A stretch of 62,865 nucleotides of DNA, filler included. It is 5 parts of 5 records of this genome, joined end to end, with 100 filler letters (N's around TTAATTAATTAA, not from the genome) between each part and the next. Parts side by side here need not be neighbours in the genome. Positions count along the whole stretch, not along the records: positions 50,175 to 56,961 come from SRR31156797_8703; positions 57,062 to 62,865 come from SRR31156797_8724; 3 more parts are not named here. One strand, written 5' to 3'. This document shows positions 53,201 to 60,930 of the stretch, in pieces (within the stretch, counting starts at the first letter, position 1; the number at the start of each line of letters is the position of its first letter). The translations under genes were made by a program, and so were the position numbers. The notes below the pieces were generated by a model that worked only from the letters and a program-made list of their open reading frames with translations, searched no databases and was not told the origin of the DNA.

Positions 53201-56200
53201 TCAGTCCGTTTATATCGGTTTGTTCCACCAAGGCTCCTGATACTTCATCATATTTATTTACTACAAACTGATTAAGAGGGTTAATCGCTTTTTCCATAAA
53301 CCTCCCATCTGCAGTATACAAATAAGTTTCTGTCACCGATTTTAAATCCTGAGAGATAAGCGGATCGTTATCGGCTGATAACGTTTTGGATCTTACATTA
53401 CCAAACGTGTCGTACTGTATAGTTTGAGATACTTCCTTATTATCACCCGGCTCCTGAATAACTGTTTCAAGCTTACCATTACTATAATAGCTAAAGCTTT
53501 GGTTACGGGTAATGGCCGTTTCATTTGGTCGGCTTTCAGTTACTACATAAGTTTCAATCCTACCCGGTATCCATTCTGTAGTGGTGTTAATTTCATATTC
53601 AGGGTCTTCCGTTTTGGTATATACCAATGTTGTTCCATCGTATACCCTAGTCGTAGATAATATTGTATTACCATTACCATCCTGTTCCGTTTCTTTAATA
53701 CTTTTAGTATTGCTTTTTAAATTCTTACTCTCAACGTTTGAGACATAGGAATGATACCTCCCCGACCCGAGATCAACTTCCGATAAGATATTTGTGGAGC
53801 GTGACAGCGTTTCTTCTGTGCTGCCTTCAATGTGAATATACTCTGATATATGAGGATACATAAACATATGACTGGAATTAATATCGAATTGTGTACGACT
53901 TATCATTCCAGTGTTTTCATTATATGCTTCAGTCTGTTGAAAGCCTAACATTCCTGCTCCTAATAGATGCTCTGTTAGACCGATATAAGTATATTTGGTA
54001 GTGTTTACTTCGTTGTTAGTAATTTCTTCTTCAACTGAAGAGACAAGCCAAATTGGAAAGTTCACCTTTAATAAAGGGAAAGTGACCTGACTACCACTCT
54101 GGTAAAAGTTACCCCCGTCAGTCAGGTTTTGGTATTCGATGGATATAGTTCCATTTACATTAGAAACGGAGCTTAATGCAAAATTTTTATCCCTACTGGA
54201 TATCTCTACCATCCTGGTTTTATTTTCCTTTTGATATGAACTGATTGTTTTATAAAATACATTTAAAATTTCAGCAGCTCCATCTCCATCAAAATCTCCA
54301 GTTACAGGATGATTTTCAAAAATATCTTCTTCACTATATGTTTGTTCATAACCGGGTAATGCTTCTTTTACAAACTTTTCTCCTCCCTTTAAGAGACTAA
54401 AGGAGAAATCTGTCACCATATTATTTGGGTCTTGGCTACCCGGAACATTATGAAAGGCCTTATAAACTATAATGTCATGTATTCCATCTCCATCAAAATC
54501 TGATGTCAAAATATTGTTTCCGTTGGGAAAATCGCTAATGTGTAGGTTAGTTAAGAAGTCTTCATCCTTAATATAACTATTACCTGTACCTATATAAAAT
54601 GACATAAGCTCATTCTCATATAGCCTAAATAGGTCAGTTATTCCATCACCATTAAAATCTTCAAAATAACAACTTCCTGTATGGTCTGTATTTAAGGTAT
54701 ATAATTTTTCCAATTGGTTACTTTGATTATATGCAATAATATCAATCTGAGTTCCCATTACCACAAATAGATGCTGGTTGCCATCACCAAAAATACTTCC
54801 TGTTTTAATTTCTGACAATATACCGGATAGGATGAGATAGTCCTTTTCTATAAAATTATTTGTTTGACAATTAATTTCATAAATCACTAGTTTTTTATCA
54901 CTATTTCTATAGACTAACAATTCTGTTTTTTTATCATTATTTAGATCTGCTAATAAAGTTCTATCATATTCACCTTCAAGCTCTAGTTTAAATCTTTGGG
55001 TAAATCCATTAACATAAGATTCGTAGTAAGTAAAAACTGTTTTATTTGTAGGATCAGACGTTCCTCCACCTGGTAAAGGCTCTCCAGGTTCAACTACTAC
55101 TTCATTATAGATAATGTCTTCGTTTCCATCCGAATTGATATCTTTTACGCCGGTTATATTTGAACTTTGAAAGGTAAAACTAGTTAATGTGGTATGTCCA
55201 CTGCTGCTAGAAAGCAATACCCCCTTATCACCTACTAAATCTTCTTTACCATCTCCATTAAAATCACCGGTAACGCATTTTTCGGAAAGTGGATTAAAAT
55301 CGCCATATGATGTCGGATGCTCGGAAGAATCGTTGTAATCAAAAACAGTTGCGTTATAATGCGTAACATCATCTGTTCCAAATTCTGTTACCTTACTTAA
55401 TAGCGCCTTATCGCCAATTGTTGTATACTCTAGGCGGTATCGACGCAATTGCTTGGAGTTATAACCAGTAGATATGTTTTTAATTCTTTTATTCAGCTTA
55501 AAAGCATTACCCGCAGCATAGCTTACACTTACAGGGTTGCTTTCGTATTCAAAGTTAACGTACCCTTTAAGATTAGTGCCGTTTCCGTAAACAATAGATG
55601 TGGGTCTAAAGTTAGCCAGGTCTGTTTTTAAACTTCCTGATACAGTGTAATCACAGGTATAGTTATATTGAATGGTATTACCATCTATGTCTGTTATCCT
55701 ATTCAGAAACCAGGCAAATGTTGGATTTGATGCATCAACATAAGCCAGCTGCCTGGAGTCAGAAGTCTTACCATACTGCATAATGGTACCAAACTCATCG
55801 ATTACCTCAAAGTATTCTGGCCCATCAGTATCAATATTATAGGCTATAATCTTTGTTCGATTACTGGTTTTTAACCTGTACTCTATCGAGGTAGGTTTAT
55901 TACTACTATATTCAATTAATTGAGTACCGTTGTAATACAAGTTGTCAGCATCATCCCATTTAATATGGTCGTATTCGCCATCGTCAAAAAGGTTTTTACC
56001 TCCTCTTACTATAGCGCTTAAGCCACTTAAACTAAATTTATCTGACAGTAAACCAGTAGTTGATCCACCTACGTAATCTATAGATAAGGAAGGATGCATA
56101 CCTCTAATCCCTGGCGAAACCATTATAGGCATGCTGTAATTAAAACTTCCCGAATTAACAGAGTGAGAACCCGATGATGCCCCAACTACTCCTGTATTAC

Positions 56201-56459
56201 CTACCTCTCCACCTGGACCTCCGGTGGTGTTAGTTAAATCGGGTTGAATTAATTTATTATTGATCTCGGCTCTAAATTCACCGTTCTGTGCACTCCAGCT
56301 AAATCCATCCGAAAGTATAATATGATCTTTAGCCATAAAATGGCCTGTTTCATAATTGTTTTCATCTGGTAAATTGAAAGTATTGGCTACATTTTGCGCA
56401 TGCACAATACCTATACCCATACTTAAAGCTATCGTACATAGCCTCAAAAGTTTATTCAT
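50238..56459 (-). CDS. RHS/YD-repeat polymorphic toxin with SpvB/TcB-like N-region and FG-GAP (VCBS) repeats
   Basis: Signal peptide; FNYSMPIMVSPGIRGMHPSLSIDY; GDFNGDGKED/DFNGDGITD repeats; many YD repeats; core motifs DHLGSI, RGFTMHEH, HMNGRVY and NRYSYCMNNPINCVDPSG; about 300-aa C-terminal tip. Confidence 0.95.
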   Translation of the reverse strand: MNKLLRLCTIALSMGIGIVHAQNVANTFNLPDENNYETGHFMAKDHIILSDGFSWSAQNGEFRAEINNKLIQPDLTNTTGGPGGEVGNTGVVGASSGSHSVNSGSFNYSMPIMVSPGIRGMHPSLSIDYVGGSTTGLLSDKFSLSGLSAIVRGGKNLFDDGEYDHIKWDDADNLYYNGTQLIEYSSNKPTSIEYRLKTSNRTKIIAYNIDTDGPEYFEVIDEFGTIMQYGKTSDSRQLAYVDASNPTFAWFLNRITDIDGNTIQYNYTCDYTVSGSLKTDLANFRPTSIVYGNGTNLKGYVNFEYESNPVSVSYAAGNAFKLNKRIKNISTGYNSKQLRRYRLEYTTIGDKALLSKVTEFGTDDVTHYNATVFDYNDSSEHPTSYGDFNPLSEKCVTGDFNGDGKEDLVGDKGVLLSSSSGHTTLTSFTFQSSNITGVKDINSDGNEDIIYNEVVVEPGEPLPGGGTSDPTNKTVFTYYESYVNGFTQRFKLELEGEYDRTLLADLNNDKKTELLVYRNSDKKLVIYEINCQTNNFIEKDYLILSGILSEIKTGSIFGDGNQHLFVVMGTQIDIIAYNQSNQLEKLYTLNTDHTGSCYFEDFNGDGITDLFRLYENELMSFYIGTGNSYIKDEDFLTNLHISDFPNGNNILTSDFDGDGIHDIIVYKAFHNVPGSQDPNNMVTDFSFSLLKGGEKFVKEALPGYEQTYSEEDIFENHPVTGDFDGDGAAEILNVFYKTISSYQKENKTRMVEISSRDKNFALSSVSNVNGTISIEYQNLTDGGNFYQSGSQVTFPLLKVNFPIWLVSSVEEEITNNEVNTTKYTYIGLTEHLLGAGMLGFQQTEAYNENTGMISRTQFDINSSHMFMYPHISEYIHIEGSTEETLSRSTNILSEVDLGSGRYHSYVSNVESKNLKSNTKSIKETEQDGNGNTILSTTRVYDGTTLVYTKTEDPEYEINTTTEWIPGRIETYVVTESRPNETAITRNQSFSYYSNGKLETVIQEPGDNKEVSQTIQYDTFGNVRSKTLSADNDPLISQDLKSVTETYLYTADGRFMEKAINPLNQFVVNKYDEVSGALVEQTDINGLKAYSQYDALNRTSLAIGADGTTSYSTLKWIDSGDTDAPEGAFYMSESKSSLSSVGKTYYDKAGRTIRTVGQKQNESRSDKVKVYVDFEYDQSTGLLHRQTVPHYLNQSNILYTTYTYDKYNRVKTVTNPDGSVLTYTYNESLRSVTSSVTKGTTTVTTTQKNNALGELIESTNNDGSKVAYKYYSNGLLKQSGIAGNNADVVMTYDIYGNKLSTQTPNGGTTTNVYNAWGQVVSTTDARNLKVEFAYDILGRIIEKQVQSGATTSFTYDTKWKGALSGLSSSNNFSIDYTYDKIGRQINYTETIEGKAFSTAMQYDEKGRLSQYIYPSGFELNYHYLSESDYLTGISYGDDQFIWQAGEQNQYMAFENYTLGTLNPLELQYDEYGRFKRKYLSGYYDYNVAYDDKGNINQRREDIYNNSESFVYDNLNRIQSISTYHNAIKVDERTFNYDSYSNITEPAKNTLLYDNTKHNRLQSIEQDGLDLAYGGLSFDTENNLTAISKGNDVIDFTYGFDKARRKAVQKQNQQIVKTKYYQSNYEEVTENNNTQRIHYVSAPSGLSAINVMDENDVNHMYFTLSDHLGSINMLIDESGNIVEEQAFDVWGVRRDPQNWGNAATVSTYITDRGFTMHEHLDDFNLIHMNGRVYCPNTMQFVSPDPFIQAPGNTANYNRYSYCMNNPINCVDPSGYINQLPLPRPEGQAGGSGNRISSDFGIGAAMLSASQRLNNYEGYRSAGNSVSSFNGVDPYSPEVISEWFQYREETGSNLSLSDYVRIPDIDLFSSSLAYAESLLNIDITHHSISYGIKNAVSVNIAVDNNLLRIDFTQLYSFAKNPNDNSVYFIDIESSIEVGPTIGSKCKIFGWGIEGKAGISKEIIKGSLNKGVEYPSEVKFHVALGKGPIGISAEKSLTTGNAAIGGNLFMYNMKADLNKYTQQINLIDLSAYNGIIGGSFKVSINLDSPQGPMPSIPNTFDTKNDNTYVFNEILYKW

Positions 56460-56485
56460 GATATAATAATTAGTTTAGTTAAAGT

Positions 56486-56920
56486 TTATTGCTTAATTAC
56501 TTTTAATATCCGGTATTGCTTCCCGCTAATTAGCTTTAGAAAATAAAGACCCGATGGATAATTATTTAAATTCATGTTGGTAACATCAGAGTTGACTTTT
56601 ATTTTTTGAAGCTTTTTACCGTTTGCATCCAACACTTCAATCTTAAAGTTCATATCTTCATTATATTGTTGGATTTCTAATGCAATATTTCCTTTTGTTG
56701 GATTTGGATATAATTTAAGCTTTAAGGTTTCAAAACGCGCATTTAATTCTTCCTGATAAAAAACAGAATCAGGCTGGCTACTTAACTGTGCCGATTTTAG
56801 TGTTAAGGTAGATCCTATCCTATTTCCGGCATTATCATAGGTAAATAAATATTTATTGGTCTGCGCCACCGCTACATGCCCAATTAAAGCCAATAGGGCT
56901 ATTATGAGTATCTTTCTCAT
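56486..56920 (-). CDS. Small secreted protein: single YD hairpin + T9SS type A CTD
   Basis: Signal peptide, FTYDNAGNR, then LKLYPNPTKG...SGLYFLKL...KVIKQ. Confidence 0.92.
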   Translation of the reverse strand: MRKILIIALLALIGHVAVAQTNKYLFTYDNAGNRIGSTLTLKSAQLSSQPDSVFYQEELNARFETLKLKLYPNPTKGNIALEIQQYNEDMNFKIEVLDANGKKLQKIKVNSDVTNMNLNNYPSGLYFLKLISGKQYRILKVIKQ

Positions 56921-56961
56921 CTCTATTATATTTTAAGGTTATTGGTTTAACAATTGCTCAA

Positions 56962-57061
56962 NNNNNNNNNNNNNNNNNNNNNNNNNNNNNNNNNNNNNNN
57001 NNNNNTTAATTAATTAANNNNNNNNNNNNNNNNNNNNNNNNNNNNNNNNNNNNNNNNNNNN
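56962..57061. other. Artificial contig spacer
   Basis: N44-TTAATTAATTAA-N44. Confidence 0.99.
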
Positions 57062-57335
57062 CATCATCTTGCGTGATCTGTACTTTAAGCGTTCAAGCAA
57101 TAACCACGGCTATTTGGCTGCTATTTTGAAGGCTGAAGGCGTGTTGGTGAACTTGCCGAAGCAGCCGACGGTTTTGTGCCTGGAGAAGTGGGAACCCCTT
57201 TTGAAGAAGATTAAATCATTGAATGAAAAAGGGATCAGTCTCACTGACCACATAGCTGTGGCGGCGAATAAGCGGGCTGAGCGGAGAGCAGAGCTTTTGT
57301 CTGGGAAACGGACGGTGAAGGCCCCAAAAAACTGA
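57062..57335 (+). CDS. Hypothetical protein, 5'-truncated
   Basis: The frame is open from the contig edge (..LYFKRSSNNHGYLAAILKAEG..) and is followed by a terminator-like hairpin. Confidence 0.65.
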
Positions 57336-57388
57336 ATAAGCTATGGATTTGCGGGGGTTCCGGTACTTCCATGATAGCTATTGAAAGC

Positions 57389-57427
57389 AAGGAATCCCAA
57401 AGCAGTCGCTCGTATTGGGATTCCTTT
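57389..57427 (+). terminator. Terminator-like hairpin
   Basis: AAGGAATCCCAA...TTGGGATTCCTT-T. Confidence 0.6.
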
Positions 57428-57612
57428 AATATGGGCGCTCTGCTGGCATTGCTAATGGATTTTTATTATGGCAGAAGGCATTGGGACCCCCTCTGAATCC
57501 TGAATTTTACATTTTTAAAAGGGATTCTATTTCTTTAATTGATTTTTTTGTGCTGAAGATCTATAGGGGGGTAGGAAAAATTTAGTTTAATCGTTTGAGA
57601 ATAAAGGACAGG

Positions 57613-58395
57613 ATGATGACGGAAGGGAATAAGGAAGTTGCGGATGTTGATAAGGATGTCGTCAATGATGAAAAGCTGATTGAGAAAGCGTACAACGAGA
57701 TAGCTACTATCTTTTCGGTGCATCTTGAAGATGCAATAATCAAGACCGGTAAATATTTGTTGAAAGAATTTTACAACGGTAAAATCGAACTTGCACGTAC
57801 AAAAAAGTCTCCGAAAAAAGAATCGTTAAATCGATTGATTGAGAGACTTCACGAAAGCTTTCCCAATAGTTTATCTAAGACCACCATATATCAATCTATA
57901 GGGTTAGTTGTACAAGCTCATGATATCGAAAATGATAGTGACGAGGGGTGCTTTCAGGCGTATGAAACACTCTATTATAGTCATAAAGTCTGCTTGTTGT
58001 CCGTAAAAGACATAGAGGATAAAAAGAAACTTATTTATAAAATTGATAAAGAAGGATTGTCCGTTCGGGAATTGGGAAAGGCGAAGAAAAAGTTAGCTGA
58101 TACTGATAAAAAAACTGGTATTCTTACTCTGTTAAATGATCCTAAGAAAATGAGGGATGAGGACAATCTTCAAAAGTTAAAGCTCGATTCGCTTAAAACA
58201 GTATCTTCAAGTAAACTTGAACGGATCAAATTAAAGGCCTCTGAGAAAAGTAAGGAACTTCAAAAAAAACTTAAAAAGATTCGAGATGAAATAGAGAAAA
58301 ATGAGCAGTACGTAGCTGATTATAATTCGCTGAAGGAGACTGTCGAGGCGGCTATTAAAGCCAAGAAAATCGAGGAAGAGAGTGAAGCCGATTAA
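57613..58395 (+). CDS. Putative DNA-binding protein (YhcG/DUF1016-N or ParB-HTH-like) with a C-terminal coiled coil
   Basis: SLSKTTIYQSI...LYYSHKVCLLSVKD...KEGLSVREL resembles the LSWSH..LL...GWSVREL signature. An SD-like AAGGA precedes the ATG. Confidence 0.6.
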   Translation: MMTEGNKEVADVDKDVVNDEKLIEKAYNEIATIFSVHLEDAIIKTGKYLLKEFYNGKIELARTKKSPKKESLNRLIERLHESFPNSLSKTTIYQSIGLVVQAHDIENDSDEGCFQAYETLYYSHKVCLLSVKDIEDKKKLIYKIDKEGLSVRELGKAKKKLADTDKKTGILTLLNDPKKMRDEDNLQKLKLDSLKTVSSSKLERIKLKASEKSKELQKKLKKIRDEIEKNEQYVADYNSLKETVEAAIKAKKIEEESEAD

Positions 58396-58511
58396 GCCCT
58401 ATAACACTATAAAACGTTGTGTTCTGCTGTGGAGGGGTGCGTCTCTTTAAAATAATGCCTGTGGGTGCCTTTCAGCCTCTACATGTATGAGTTGTTTAGG
58501 GTGGGCTATGG

Positions 58512-58543
58512 GATAAGCCTTTCAAAGTTTTGAAAGGCTTATC
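58512..58543. terminator. Perfect 15-bp inverted repeat between convergent genes
   Basis: GATAAGCCTTTCAAA-GT-TTTGAAAGGCTTATC. Confidence 0.7.
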
Positions 58544-58564
58544 TTAATGATGATTGCGATCTGT

Positions 58565-58858
58565 TTATTCTATTTTTTTATATAGATTGCAATTTCTCGT
58601 AGAACATCTACCCTGGTAACGGATTTTGGGGAACTTTCTTTTGTCAACTGCTTTTTTGAAATATATTTCAAGATCCTTATGGTCTGGGATGTATTCATAA
58701 TGATAACCGCACAATTCCGCGACTCCAAAAATATAGCCTGTATTTTGTTTCTGAATTTGTTCGTTAAGAAGATCCGAATAATTTTTAATAAAAGCTTGTA
58801 GCGTGGGGTCTGGTAATGTTTTTTTAACTTTTCGTGTTGGTCTTCTATTCGAATTCAT
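58565..58858 (-). CDS. Small basic hypothetical protein
   Basis: 97 aa from the ATG at 58858, preceded by AAGGG. Confidence 0.6.
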   Translation of the reverse strand: MNSNRRPTRKVKKTLPDPTLQAFIKNYSDLLNEQIQKQNTGYIFGVAELCGYHYEYIPDHKDLEIYFKKAVDKRKFPKIRYQGRCSTRNCNLYKKIE

Positions 58859-59137
58859 TGTACTGCCCTTTTTATAAGATGTTTGTTGATGCCTGCGATA
58901 CGGTATGTTGCCTATAATCTTTTTTGTCTTTTGTCTATATGAATTTTGAGAAAAAAACATGCGCTGGCGTGTCCCTGATTTTATGTATAGCTATCGCATC
59001 AAATTTGAAGATGATCTTTGTTAAAAGAAAACATGACTTCATGTTTTGATACTGTGGCTCGTCCGAATCCTTGAACGATGATACCTGCTATGCGGTTATG
59101 ATTGCCGGGGGGGGGGTAGGACAGGAGGGGACTGGCC

Positions 59138-59389
59138 TGAATGGCTGTCCTCTACTTGTATCTCATGCTGGGACGCCTTTAAAGGGCTGTTTTAGGGCTT
59201 TTGACACTGGTTGTTACATTTGCTTGCCCCAGGATCTTTTGCCCATGCGAGAGACCTAAATAACGGGCTGTGAGGGTGACAAAGGGTAAAACCATCCCCT
59301 CTTATGTTAATGAACGGCGATATTGATACTAAATATGTCATTAACGATTTTCCAGACGTCTGGAAAGTTCTTTCACATTAATGCGTCTG
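59138..59389 (+). repeat. ~250-bp non-coding element, copy 1
   Basis: Collinear with 62491-62742 at an offset of 3353. Shared blocks include TCATGCTGGGACGC, CTGGTTGTTACATTTGC, CCATGCGAGAG, TGACAAAGGGTA and CATTAACGA. Confidence 0.9.
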
Positions 59390-59844
59390 TTTTCGGTGTC
59401 GCGATCTTCTCAAATTTGGGGATTCTGTCTGCCAAAGCTTCAAGGCTTCATATTTTGACGTTTTGATCCCCCCCCCGAATGCATGGATCTATAAACGGGA
59501 TATGCTGATTTGTTTGCCCCCAGGTGGTTTATGGCAGCGGCTATCCACATGACTGTTATGGATTGACCGTGGAAGTTGTTTCTGTGGCCTTCTATGTCGG
59601 ATACGGGGTGGGAGGCGATTAAAGATACAGCTTGAATTGTTCAATACCGGGTGGGTTATGAATAATGCAAGTAGTCTCGATTATCGTTCTTCTCCATTTG
59701 GTAATTGTGAATTGAATTTTCTTTACACCAATAATAATTGCTGCTAAAGCATGACATATTAAATTCGATTTCAAAACCTGTCACATATCACTTGGATTCT
59801 CATGATATGCTTTAGATATCAATTGTTTGAAAGGTATAGAGCGG

Positions 59845-60261
59845 ATGGATATAGAAACAATTGTTATACGAATCATAGAAAGATATTTACAAATTTTAGA
59901 GTTGTTAAAAAATCTTGAGGAAGCGAGAATTTCGATAGGGTCTATTGACGATGTCCTTTTTAATGATTTCGAATTAACATTAGCAGCTTCCATATTGTAT
60001 TCAGATATAATTGACAATCCAGACCATGAATTTTTCATAGAAGAGCTTCGTACTATTTGTGATGACGTTTATGAGTCAAATATAGAAATTAAGGCTAATG
60101 TAGTTGTTAGTGTCTTTAAAGATGTTTTAAAGTTTTTTAAATCTGGTATTGATCATGGAATCTTAGCAAAAACCGATTGTTCTGGCACAGTTTATTTTAA
60201 CAAAGAGGGTGAATCTTTGAAATTAGAAACGCTCTATTCAAATTATGGCGTTTCCATTTAG
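59845..60261 (+). CDS. Hypothetical acidic protein
   Basis: 138-aa ORF from the ATG at 59845; first gene of a compact co-oriented run. Confidence 0.65.
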   Translation: MDIETIVIRIIERYLQILELLKNLEEARISIGSIDDVLFNDFELTLAASILYSDIIDNPDHEFFIEELRTICDDVYESNIEIKANVVVSVFKDVLKFFKSGIDHGILAKTDCSGTVYFNKEGESLKLETLYSNYGVSI

Positions 60262-60287
60262 AACTAAGCCAAAAGAAGGGGATTATA

Positions 60288-60602
60288 ATGGATGTTGATT
60301 TTAAAATGTTAGAAAAAATTAATAAGGCGGGTGTGGGGTTTACCGTACACTTGTTTGACGTTAGTTGCATCCTATCTCCCGAGCAGGTGATTGAATATGT
60401 AAAAGATCCTGAGCTTTTCGAAGCCAATTTTCATAAGGTGGATATAGAAACTTGGAGAAAATTTAAAGAACATTATTCCGATCCCCGGTGTAGCGAATTC
60501 ACAAAGAAAGGCACTCCCTGTAGAGGATTTGTCCGCCGGATGGGATTTAAAGAATTTCTTGAGAAAGACTGTGAATCTTTATGTGTCATTCATAGCAGGT
60601 AA
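60288..60602 (+). CDS. Hypothetical protein with a C-terminal Cys/His putative zinc finger
   Basis: RCSEFTKKGTPCRG...CESLCVIH; SD-like GAAGGG upstream. Confidence 0.75.
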   Translation: MDVDFKMLEKINKAGVGFTVHLFDVSCILSPEQVIEYVKDPELFEANFHKVDIETWRKFKEHYSDPRCSEFTKKGTPCRGFVRRMGFKEFLEKDCESLCVIHSR

Positions 60603-60631
60603 CAACTGAAAAAGAGAATGAGGATGCCCTT

Positions 60632-60808
60632 ATGAGAAAACGAATGGAAGCAATAGAAGTATACGTTGGTGAAGAAGGAGATATTTGTATCAAAAATGAT
60701 GACTATGGTGACGGTGAGATGATTGTTACGTTTTCACCCGATCAGGCCGATAAGGTTATAGAATGGATAAAAGAAGCCAAAGACGATATTCTTAAATCTG
60801 CGGATTGA
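60632..60808 (+). CDS. 58-aa small hypothetical protein (absent from the ORF track)
   Basis: MRKRMEAIEVYVGEEGDICIKNDDYGDGEMIVTFSPDQADKVIEWIKEAKDDILKSAD*; GAGGA SD 7 nt upstream. Confidence 0.7.
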   Translation: MRKRMEAIEVYVGEEGDICIKNDDYGDGEMIVTFSPDQADKVIEWIKEAKDDILKSAD

Positions 60809-60823
60809 TTATTCCAGCTTTTA

Positions 60824-60875
60824 GATTATAAATTCCCATATTTTGTGGATGCCAAAAATATGGGAAACGTTATAG
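60824..60875. other. Imperfect hairpin ending in GTTATAG (attC-like or terminator)
   Basis: TTATAA-a-TTCCCATATTTT..AAAATATGGGAA-ac-GTTATAG. Confidence 0.35.
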
Positions 60876-60930
60876 GAACAATATGTTTTGATTCCGATTA
60901 TAAAAATCAAGATTTCAAAGGGATTTATCA

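Noticed and set aside
59071-59259. 62-aa ORF overlapping repeat copy 1
   Set aside because: It has a TTG start and spans the G10 run, and the frame is not preserved in copy 2.
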